In this document: one piece after another, positions 19,389 to 26,909 of the stretch
Position numbering within the stretch: the first letter of the stretch is position 1
How the letters are laid out: every line of letters starts with the position of its first letter
Assembly (NCBI GenBank): GCA_024231215.1
Contig: JAAEQR010000195.1
Location: forward strand, 226,246-290,245
Length of the DNA stretch: 64,000 nucleotides
Source: PVC group bacterium
GTDB taxonomy: Bacteria > Omnitrophota > Gorgyraeia > B26-G9
Reading direction: 5' to 3'
Notes under the pieces: model-generated
Told to the model about the DNA's origin: nothing
Databases searched by the model: none
What the model saw: only the letters and a program-made list of their open reading frames with translations
Translations under genes and position numbers: made by a program

Positions 19389-20681
19389 ATGCCAGTAGTT
19401 CGTTTTGCCCCGTCTCCAACCGGGTACTTACACGTTGGAGGAGCACGCACCTGTCTTTTTAATTGGCTTTATGCCCGCTCAACCGGAAGCAAATTTATCC
19501 TGCGTATCGAAGATACCGATCTTACCAGATCTAAAAAAGAATACCTTGATGAAATCCTGGATAGTCTTAAATGGATGGGCTTAGATTGGGACGAACTATA
19601 TCATCAGAGCGAGCGATTTGATCTCTATCGTGAACATGCACAGAAACTTCTAGAAGAAGGTAAAGCATACAAAGACGGAGAAGCAATCATCTACAAAGTT
19701 AAAGATGATACCGCGATCAGATTTTTTGATGTCTTACACGGAGAAATCAAGATCGAAGCCGATCATATTAAAGACCAGGTACTATTAAAATCAGACGGCT
19801 CTCCGGCATACAACTTCTGCTGTGTAGTTGACGACGCATCAATGGGCTTAACCCATATTATTAGGGGTGACGACCATATCGCAAACACTCCCAAGCAGAT
19901 ACTAATCTACGAAGCCTTAGGTTTTAAAGTGCCGAAATTCGTACACATTCCCATGATTCTGGGCGAGGACAAATCAAGACTTTCAAAAAGACACGGTGCA
20001 ACCGCGATTAGCGACTACCGCAAACAGGGAGTACTCCCGGAAGCATTAGTAAACTACCTGGCTTTATTGGGCTGGAACCCCGGCACAGAAAGAGAACTTT
20101 TTACCCTGCCGGAACTAGTAAAGACATTCTCTCTAAAGAGAGTAAATAAAACCGCGGCAGTTTTTGATAACGAAAAACTAGGCTGGGTAAACGGTGAATA
20201 CATAAAAAAATTAGATTCAGATAAGCTGGTAGCGTTGCTATTACCGCTTTTAAAAGACAAAGGCTATATTGATGATAATATTGATCAGCCATGGCTGATT
20301 GGGTTAGTTAACCTATACAAAACCAGATTCAATAACCTTAATCGTTTTGTTGAACTGACAGGATTTTTCTTTAACGATGAAATTGAATACGACCAAGAAT
20401 CAGAGCAAAAATACCTAGTGCCTGAAATAACTGATGCACTAGAAGCTTTCAAAAACAAACTAATAACCGCAGATACATTTGATGTTTCCACAATAGAGAC
20501 TACGACCAGGGCATTAGTAGAGGAGCTAAATATCAAATCCGGAGAACTAATACATCCTTTGAGAGTGGCTTTGACCGGGGGAACAGTCAGCCCCGGTATA
20601 TTTGAAGTAATATACTACCTGGGTAAAGACAAAGTAATCATGCGGTTGGACAAGGTAATCACCAAACTCCGCGCAGTTTGA
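19389..20681 (+). CDS. gltX: glutamyl-tRNA synthetase
   Basis: HVGGARTCLFNW is the HIGH region and LSKRHG the KMSKS-like motif. It is 430 aa, on the short side for GluRS. Confidence 0.9.
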   Translation: MPVVRFAPSPTGYLHVGGARTCLFNWLYARSTGSKFILRIEDTDLTRSKKEYLDEILDSLKWMGLDWDELYHQSERFDLYREHAQKLLEEGKAYKDGEAIIYKVKDDTAIRFFDVLHGEIKIEADHIKDQVLLKSDGSPAYNFCCVVDDASMGLTHIIRGDDHIANTPKQILIYEALGFKVPKFVHIPMILGEDKSRLSKRHGATAISDYRKQGVLPEALVNYLALLGWNPGTERELFTLPELVKTFSLKRVNKTAAVFDNEKLGWVNGEYIKKLDSDKLVALLLPLLKDKGYIDDNIDQPWLIGLVNLYKTRFNNLNRFVELTGFFFNDEIEYDQESEQKYLVPEITDALEAFKNKLITADTFDVSTIETTTRALVEELNIKSGELIHPLRVALTGGTVSPGIFEVIYYLGKDKVIMRLDKVITKLRAV

Positions 20682-20816
20682 CAAAATAAACAAAATTTGA
20701 TATCCTTATAGAACACAATTTTTTGCCCCGTGGTGCCTGTACCACAAGGGAAAATTAGGTGTGTAAAAAAAGTTTGAAAGAAAGCATCAATTAGGTGTGA
20801 TCTTTAAAGTAGCGAA

Positions 20817-20891
20817 TGCCCCGTGGTGTAATTGGCAACACGAATGATTCTGGTTCATTTATCCATGGTTCGAGTCCATGCGGGGCAGCCA
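20817..20891 (+). tRNA. tRNA-Gln (anticodon CUG) with U1:A72 and G73, CCA encoded
   Basis: TGCCCCG acceptor, anticodon arm AATGA-TTCTGGT-TCATT, T arm CATGG-TTCGAGT-CCATG, 3' CGGGGCA-G-CCA. Confidence 0.85.
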
Positions 20892-20904
20892 TAGTTCGAC
20901 GCAG

Positions 20905-20934
20905 AAAAACCCCTCTTTTTAGAGGGGTTTTTCT
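20905..20934 (+). terminator. rho-independent terminator after tRNA-Gln
   Basis: AAAAACCCCTC-TTTTTA-GAGGGG-TTTTTC. Confidence 0.7.
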
Positions 20935-20940
20935 TTGCTC

Positions 20941-21134
20941 ACTATTGCCCCGCATGGACTCGAACAAAGGGGAGTGGGGAGATTGTCCCCACTCTTTCGG
21001 GGTAACAGCGAACGTAGTGAGCGCCATAGGGGCAGAGCCCCTTTGGGGAACGAGACCGGTAGTCCCGCTGTAAGCGGGAACGGAGCTGTACAGAGTACAG
21101 CGCAGTGTCGAGAGACGTGAGATGTCCATGCGGG
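20941..21134. other. GC-rich, highly structured segment of unknown function, bracketed by repeats of the tRNA-Gln 3' end
   Basis: A run of local hairpins (GAGTGGGGA/TCCCCACTC, GGGG-CAGAG-CCCC, CCCGC-TGTAA-GCGGG, GCTGTA/TACAGC) in a segment of about 58% GC, against a roughly 38% GC background. A 20-nt inverted copy of the tRNA 3' end lies at 20941-20960, and an 11-nt direct copy at 21124-21134. Confidence 0.3.
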
Positions 21135-21250
21135 TGTTTATCTCATAACCCCTTGCATTTCCCCCACTAAAGAGTTAAAATTAGGTGCGTTGTTCTATTT
21201 AACAATGTTTTGGAAGTAGCTAAACTCAAACGTTATACGAAAGGAATCTT

Positions 21251-21841
21251 ATGAGAAAAATAATTTTACTTTTATCTTTATGTTTTGTTTTATCTGGATG
21301 CCTTAGATATGGGGAATATTCATTTAAATTTGATTATAATAGTGGAAAAGTAGAAAAAACTTATCATGATTTCCGTTCTCAGAAAGGCTTTGACGAAAAA
21401 GAATATAGTATTGAAAGAGATTGGGCTATGTTGAAAGAAGCTACAGGCGAAGAATTTGGCGATGAATTTGACCCTGATGTTATTAAGCCTATTAAAGCTG
21501 AACTTTTTCAGGAAGACGAGGCATTGTCTGGTAGAACAACATTTGAGGTGCAATTACCAAAAGCTTTTCCATCAAAAACAGCCATCCTCGAAAAGCTTCA
21601 TGAAGAGGGGGAGGAAAAATTTGAGTTTAAGATCTTGAGTGGTGAAATATTTCTATTTACACAAAACAGAAATATCAGATCAACAAATGGTAAAGTAATC
21701 AAAACTGCCAAGAATAACATAGTTGTATGGCCTGGGGATCAGATTATGTTTGAATTTACAGTTGATAGTGATAATGGGGGAGGAAAATCTCTTCTGCCTT
21801 TTTATCTGGAGGAAAAGAAGCAAAAAGAGAAAAAAGAATAA
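21251..21841 (+). CDS. hypothetical lipoprotein
   Basis: Signal peptide with a lipobox, LSGC. No recognisable domain. Confidence 0.6.
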   Translation: MRKIILLLSLCFVLSGCLRYGEYSFKFDYNSGKVEKTYHDFRSQKGFDEKEYSIERDWAMLKEATGEEFGDEFDPDVIKPIKAELFQEDEALSGRTTFEVQLPKAFPSKTAILEKLHEEGEEKFEFKILSGEIFLFTQNRNIRSTNGKVIKTAKNNIVVWPGDQIMFEFTVDSDNGGGKSLLPFYLEEKKQKEKKE

Positions 21842-21955
21842 CACATAACAACTTACTCCCATCGCCATGGCGAGGTAAGTCGTTCCCCCCCCCGCTAACG
21901 AAGTGTAGCGAGGAGCTCAAATGGTATACTAATAAAAACAAAAAAGGAGGATTAG

Positions 21956-22198
21956 ATGGATTTAGCAAAATTACAAGATTTTTTTCTGTGGGGACTTATA
22001 ATTAATATTGCAATTTGTATAATACAATTTTTACTCTGCATATGTTTGCGCGGTTTTGTTATTAAAACTCATGGAAAATTATTCGGCTTAAGTGAAGAGG
22101 CTGTCAGTAAAGCTATTTATAACTATTTTGGCATTTACAAAATAGTTATAAATGCATTGTTCTTAGCGCCCTGGATTGCAATTCAAATAATTAAATAA
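21956..22198 (+). CDS. small hypothetical membrane protein (2 TM)
   Basis: 80 aa and hydrophobic. An RBS, AAAGGAGG, precedes it. Confidence 0.45.
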   Translation: MDLAKLQDFFLWGLIINIAICIIQFLLCICLRGFVIKTHGKLFGLSEEAVSKAIYNYFGIYKIVINALFLAPWIAIQIIK

Positions 22199-22221
22199 TT
22201 AGAAAACAACAGGCGCAGCCC

Positions 22222-23307
22222 TTGCCTGTCCCGCCTTGGCGGGGATTGGATAGTATGAATAACACAAATAACGAACCCATTAAGCCGAAGCGTCGTACCC
22301 GATACAAAGGTGCTTACCCTCGCCATTTTAATGAAAAATATAAAGAACATAATTCTGAGAAATATCCGGAAGATGTAGAAAAGGTCATTGCAGCCGGGAA
22401 AACTCCCGTGGGTACTCATCGGCCGATCTGCGTAGATGAAATCTTGGATGTTCTAAAGCCGCTATCCGGGCAAATCGGTATGGACGCGACTTTAGGTTTT
22501 GGCGGGCATGCCGTGGAATTTTTAAAAAAAATTCGTCCTGACGGACGATTATTTGCTTTGGACGTTGACCCTTTAGAGCTTGAGAATACGGAAAAACGAT
22601 TACGTGCTAGGGGGTTTAGCGACAAGGAACTGATCATTAAACACAGTAATTTCGCGGGAATGTTTAAATTCTTACCTGAGGCAGGAGGGAGTTTTGATTT
22701 TATCCTGGCTGATCTGGGCGTATCATCAATGCAATTGGATAATCCCGCACGTGGATTTACGTTTAAGTACGAAGGCCCGTTAGATCTGCGTTTAAATCCA
22801 AACCGCGGCCAAACCGCTGCAGAATTGATTCGGGGGCTGGACCAAAAACAGTTAGAGAACTTATTTATCGAAAATTCCGATGAGCCTTGTGCCCGGATTA
22901 TTGCTCAGGTAGTTTTTAAAAATAGAGATGAGATCAATACGACCACGGATTTAGCCAATGTTATTGCACGAGGTCTGGGGAATAAATCGTTTCGTGGCTG
23001 CGCTGATGTAGCAAAAGATTCTATCCGCCGGGTATTTCAAGCTCTACGGATTGAAGTCAACGATGAATTTTCTGTGCTTGAGCAATTTTTGCGGAATTTG
23101 CCGTTTTGTTTGAAATCTCAGGGCCGGGTAGCGATTTTAAGCTTTCATCCCGGGGAGGATAAGCGTGTGGTTGATTTCTTCGAGCAGGGACTAAGCGATG
23201 GCGTATATGCCGATATCAGTCATGAACCTATCCGCCCCAGCGCCAAAGAGCAAGAGTCCAATTCTCGTTCTCAAAGTGCCAGATTACGCTGGGCCATAAA
23301 AAAATAG
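22222..23307 (+). CDS. RsmH/MraW-like SAM-dependent 16S rRNA (cytosine-N4) methyltransferase paralog with an N-terminal basic extension
   Basis: RsmH family pattern (H.P..VDE .. DATLGFGGH .. LGVSSMQLD .. RGFTFKYEGPLDLRLNP .. RIEVNDE ..). It is not in a dcw cluster. The start is uncertain (22222 or 22255). Confidence 0.7.
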   Translation: MPVPPWRGLDSMNNTNNEPIKPKRRTRYKGAYPRHFNEKYKEHNSEKYPEDVEKVIAAGKTPVGTHRPICVDEILDVLKPLSGQIGMDATLGFGGHAVEFLKKIRPDGRLFALDVDPLELENTEKRLRARGFSDKELIIKHSNFAGMFKFLPEAGGSFDFILADLGVSSMQLDNPARGFTFKYEGPLDLRLNPNRGQTAAELIRGLDQKQLENLFIENSDEPCARIIAQVVFKNRDEINTTTDLANVIARGLGNKSFRGCADVAKDSIRRVFQALRIEVNDEFSVLEQFLRNLPFCLKSQGRVAILSFHPGEDKRVVDFFEQGLSDGVYADISHEPIRPSAKEQESNSRSQSARLRWAIKK

Positions 23308-23319
23308 ACAGGATAGAAA

Positions 23320-23811
23320 ATGAACAGTTTTATTAAAAAAATTGTTAGTATCGGCATTATTCCCTATGTTATTTGGCTGATATTTTCCTACCACTATCAC
23401 TTTATTGACGGGGCGAATTTGCTTTTTCATGAAGCAGGGCATATGGTTTTATCATTTTCAGGAGAAACAATTCACTTTCTGGGTGGCAGTATAGGGCAAT
23501 TAGTTTTTCCCGCGATTTGTTTTGTAAGTTTTTTAAGGCGCGGACAGAAATTTGAATCTGCGATTTGCGGGATATGGTTTGGAGAGAATGTGATCAATAT
23601 AGCCTGGTACCTGGGAGATGCTCAGGCCCAAGGAATTCCTTTGGTAGGAGGGGGTATTCATGATTGGAATTGGCTGCTTTCAAAAGCAGGATTATTATCA
23701 GAATGTAGGTTAATATCAACAGTTGTACATGTTTTAGGAGCTATGATTTTAATAAGTGCTGTTATTTTTTTATTTTACGAATCTTTTTTTTGCGAGAAAA
23801 AAGTACAATAA
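23320..23811 (+). CDS. hypothetical polytopic membrane protein with an HExxH motif (possible membrane-embedded metalloprotease-like)
   Basis: 163 aa, 4-5 TM helices, the motif LFHEAGHMV, and a conserved-looking GGGIHDWNW. Confidence 0.5.
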   Translation: MNSFIKKIVSIGIIPYVIWLIFSYHYHFIDGANLLFHEAGHMVLSFSGETIHFLGGSIGQLVFPAICFVSFLRRGQKFESAICGIWFGENVINIAWYLGDAQAQGIPLVGGGIHDWNWLLSKAGLLSECRLISTVVHVLGAMILISAVIFLFYESFFCEKKVQ

Positions 23812-23927
23812 AAGGGTCAGACCTCCACTTTCCACATTAGCCCAAACAAAACACGGAAACCGAAGGTTCTGCGAAGCACAACCGAAAAACTAATACAACA
23901 TCTAACCAATATGATAAAATAAACCTC

Positions 23928-24431
23928 ATGCAAAACCTTAAAACCGACTTATACCAAATTGCGCAATTGGCGAAAGATCAAGAGGAAGAGAACTTGGAGT
24001 TTAGTTCTTTTTTGAGATCTGGTCTGGATTCTCAGAAAATAGATGAAATTGTTAAAAGCCTTTATGATCAAGTATTACCAAGGATAGATTGTACGAGCTG
24101 TGGTAATTGCTGTGAACTCATGGATCCGGTGTTTAAAGAAAAGGACATTCTGAAACTTTCAAAATGTTGGAAAGATAAGAATATAAGAGATCATTTAATA
24201 GAGGATAGAGAAGAAAATGAGTTTATGTTTAACAACAGCCCCTGTCCTTTTCTTAAAGAGTCTAAGTGCCTGGAGTATTCATCTCGTCCCGAGGGTTGTA
24301 AGTCTTACCCTCATTTGCACAAAGAAGGTTTCATTTCAAGATTAGTCGAAGTAATGGAAAGTTATTCAATTTGTCCGATTGTGTTTAATGTCTATGAAAG
24401 TTTGAAGGTTGAAGTTTACGGGAAATGTTAG
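23928..24431 (+). CDS. YkgJ-family cysteine-cluster protein (CxxCxxCC putative Fe-S/zinc-binding)
   Basis: CTSCGNCCE plus a downstream CPF...C..Y..RP..C..YP pattern. Confidence 0.7.
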   Translation: MQNLKTDLYQIAQLAKDQEEENLEFSSFLRSGLDSQKIDEIVKSLYDQVLPRIDCTSCGNCCELMDPVFKEKDILKLSKCWKDKNIRDHLIEDREENEFMFNNSPCPFLKESKCLEYSSRPEGCKSYPHLHKEGFISRLVEVMESYSICPIVFNVYESLKVEVYGKC

Positions 24432-24442
24432 AAGGAAACCCA

Positions 24443-24877
24443 ATGAAAAATAAAATCATAACAATCACTGTAATCCTACTCCTAATTATTTCTAGCAAGC
24501 ATACAAATGCAAGAAATAAAGAAGACAATATTCTCATGGATGATCCAAGTGTTGAAGCTGCCCAAGAGTATATCAAAGATAATGATCTTGAAAGGGTGTA
24601 TGACGCTTTATTTCCCATAAGAATACAAACACCCGCTGCTCAGCCAGAAGATATCCTGGGATTTCCTTTAAAGAAGCAGCATTCGATCCTGCAGCAAGAT
24701 GACAAGTACATGGAATTAGGAATAATATTTTATTTTAATTTGTATACTAAAGCAATCATGGATATTGAAGAGTATCCTAATGCAAGAGAGGGCAAGTATA
24801 TTATTACGCTTGATGAAAATAATAACTTTACAGGGTGGCGGCTAATAAAAGACTATAAAGAATTAAAAGACTTATAA
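24443..24877 (+). CDS. hypothetical secreted protein
   Basis: Signal peptide MKNKIITITVILLLIISS. No recognisable domain. Confidence 0.5.
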   Translation: MKNKIITITVILLLIISSKHTNARNKEDNILMDDPSVEAAQEYIKDNDLERVYDALFPIRIQTPAAQPEDILGFPLKKQHSILQQDDKYMELGIIFYFNLYTKAIMDIEEYPNAREGKYIITLDENNNFTGWRLIKDYKELKDL

Positions 24878-24940
24878 TATTAAAAACATTGAGGGAACTA
24901 ATAGGATAGCATAAGAAACCAACAGACAAAGGAAAATAAA

Positions 24941-25180
24941 ATGACTCAGGACGAAATAAATAAAGCAGAATGGGAAAATCCGGCTAATTGGACAAAAGGA
25001 TCAAAATTAATGTGCATCTATTTTAGCCAGAAAGATTCAAGAACCTGGGTGCCCAAGCGAATGCCGTGGATGGGCAGTACGATCAACTTAGGAAAACCCG
25101 CCGGTGTTGCATGGCTTATGGGTTTTCTTGTTGGTATTCCTGCCCTTATTATATTCTCAATGCTGTTGAGCTTGAAATGA
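24941..25180 (+). CDS. small conserved membrane protein (W.NP.NW ... WVPKR ... G.T.N motif, C-terminal TM), translationally coupled to the downstream radical SAM gene
   Basis: 79 aa; its stop overlaps the radical SAM ATG (ATGA). Confidence 0.5.
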   Translation: MTQDEINKAEWENPANWTKGSKLMCIYFSQKDSRTWVPKRMPWMGSTINLGKPAGVAWLMGFLVGIPALIIFSMLLSLK

Positions 25181-26700
25181 ACTCCCAAATAATCCTTACA
25201 ACCCTAAACGCAAAATACGCCCACACTGCAATAGGCTTGCGATATTTATACGCAAACCTTAAGGAACTGAAGAGCAGTGCTGCGATTCAAGAATATATTA
25301 TTTCCGACAATCTTAATGAGGTCGCCGAGAAAATAATATCTTCTTTTCCGAGCATTTTAGGCATTAGTGTCTATATCTGGAACGCAGTAGAAACTTCCCA
25401 GCTAATTAATATTATAAAAAAGGTAGCACCTGAAATAACAATTATCCTTGGTGGCCCGGAAGTGAGCTATTTACCAATGCGGGTGGATTTTAGTTCAGCA
25501 GATTATATCATACAAGGGGAAGGGGAGGATTCTTTTTGTTCTTTATGTAAGAGTGTGTTAACCCGGGAATTGCCGAGTGAAAAGATAATTAAATCAGAAC
25601 CGGTTGATTTAAAAAAAATCGAATTACCTTATGATTTCTATACAGATGAAGATGTTTTGCATAGGGTTATTTATGTTGAGGCATCGCGGGGCTGTCCTTT
25701 TAGCTGTGAATTTTGCTTATCTGCAATAGATAAAACTGTCCGGGAGTTTGATCTTGATCTTGTTTTGTCGCATGTATCTAAATTGTGGGAGCGTGGGGTT
25801 AGGAAGTTTAAGTTTGTTGATCGGACTTTTAATCTAAATATAAATACTGCTGATCGTATCCTGGATTATTTTTTAGAAAAACAATCTCCGTATTTCATTC
25901 ACTTTGAAGTGATTCCCGAGCATTTCCCCGAGAGTTTAAAAGAGAAAATAAAACAATTCCCGCCGGCGGCTATTCAATTAGAGATTGGCATTCAAACCCT
26001 AAAGCCGAAAACAGCTGAAACGATTAAACGTAAATTAGATTTTGAGAAGATAAAAGAGAATTTGTTTTTTCTGCAGAATCAGACAAATGCGCATTTGCAT
26101 GTGGATTTAATTCTCGGACTTCCGGGGGAGACGATTGAAGATTTCGGCGATAATTTAAATATACTGACGGCTTTATCTGACTCTGAGATTCAGCTGGGTA
26201 TTTTAAAGAAACTTTCAGGCACCGCGATTTCCCGGCATGATGAGGAATATGGCATGGTTTATTCAGATCTGCCGCCTTATGAAATCCTGCAAAATAATTT
26301 AATTCCATTTGAGCTGATGCAAAAGATGAAACGCTTTGTCCGTTTTTGGGACTTGGTTTATAATAGCGGGAATTTTAATAAAACAGCTAGACTTCTCTGG
26401 GCAGAGGGTAATGTTTTTGAATGTTTTCATGCATTCTCTGAATGGGTTTATACAGAGACAGACGCAACTTGGAAAATATCTTTAAATAGGCTGGCTAAGC
26501 TGATTTTTAAATATCTTGTGGAAATTAAAAAAAAGGATAAAACTGCGATTGCAGATATGATCGTTAGAGATCTTTTAATTGTTAAAGGTAGAAGGATTCC
26601 GGGGTTTTTGAGAGATCAGATTTCTTTTGTCCCGGAGAGCAGTAAAAAAGATGCAGTAAAGATGTATCACCGGCAGATAAAACATTCAGTAAAAGATTAG
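25177..26700 (+). CDS. B12-binding domain radical SAM protein with a C-terminal DUF4080-like region
   Basis: N-terminal B12-binding fold, the CPFSCEFC radical SAM cluster motif, and a ~200 aa C-terminal extension. The start was chosen at MNSQIILTT rather than the track start at 25066. Confidence 0.85.
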   Translation: MNSQIILTTLNAKYAHTAIGLRYLYANLKELKSSAAIQEYIISDNLNEVAEKIISSFPSILGISVYIWNAVETSQLINIIKKVAPEITIILGGPEVSYLPMRVDFSSADYIIQGEGEDSFCSLCKSVLTRELPSEKIIKSEPVDLKKIELPYDFYTDEDVLHRVIYVEASRGCPFSCEFCLSAIDKTVREFDLDLVLSHVSKLWERGVRKFKFVDRTFNLNINTADRILDYFLEKQSPYFIHFEVIPEHFPESLKEKIKQFPPAAIQLEIGIQTLKPKTAETIKRKLDFEKIKENLFFLQNQTNAHLHVDLILGLPGETIEDFGDNLNILTALSDSEIQLGILKKLSGTAISRHDEEYGMVYSDLPPYEILQNNLIPFELMQKMKRFVRFWDLVYNSGNFNKTARLLWAEGNVFECFHAFSEWVYTETDATWKISLNRLAKLIFKYLVEIKKKDKTAIADMIVRDLLIVKGRRIPGFLRDQISFVPESSKKDAVKMYHRQIKHSVKD

Positions 26701-26909
26701 TCCCCGGATAGGTTTTTTACATATTCCCCCCTTAATTTGGTATAATAATACCAAAGACTAAAGATATCCCGGTTGTAACCATGTCCGGATATAAAGTGAA
26801 TATGGATAAGGTGAAAGAATATATGACAGACAACTGTATTCCGGTTATTGCTAAACCTGTCCATATAGAATTGATCGGAAAAATGCTTAGATACTTGCTT
26901 TAAGGAATA

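Noticed and set aside
20791-21129. Three mutually overlapping ORFs (20791-21129 -, 20816-21073 +, 20935-21120 +)
   Set aside because: They cover tRNA-Gln and a GC-rich hairpin-dense segment. ORFs on both strands in a locally GC-rich patch of an AT-rich genome are the typical artefact of structured RNA or non-coding DNA.
20941-21134. Possibility that the GC-rich segment is tmRNA, RNase P RNA, SRP RNA or 6S RNA
   Set aside because: No tRNA-like acceptor/T-arm pairing, no tag-peptide reading frame ending in ..LAA, no RNase P P4 GGAAAGUCCGGGC / universally conserved blocks, and no SRP domain IV motif could be found by eye. It is left as unknown pending a covariance-model search.
25066-25176. Track start of the radical SAM ORF at 25066
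   Set aside because: The N-terminal 37 residues overlap the upstream small membrane protein gene in another frame. Homologous B12-radical SAM proteins begin near MNSQIILTT, and the ATGA overlap indicates translational coupling from 25177.
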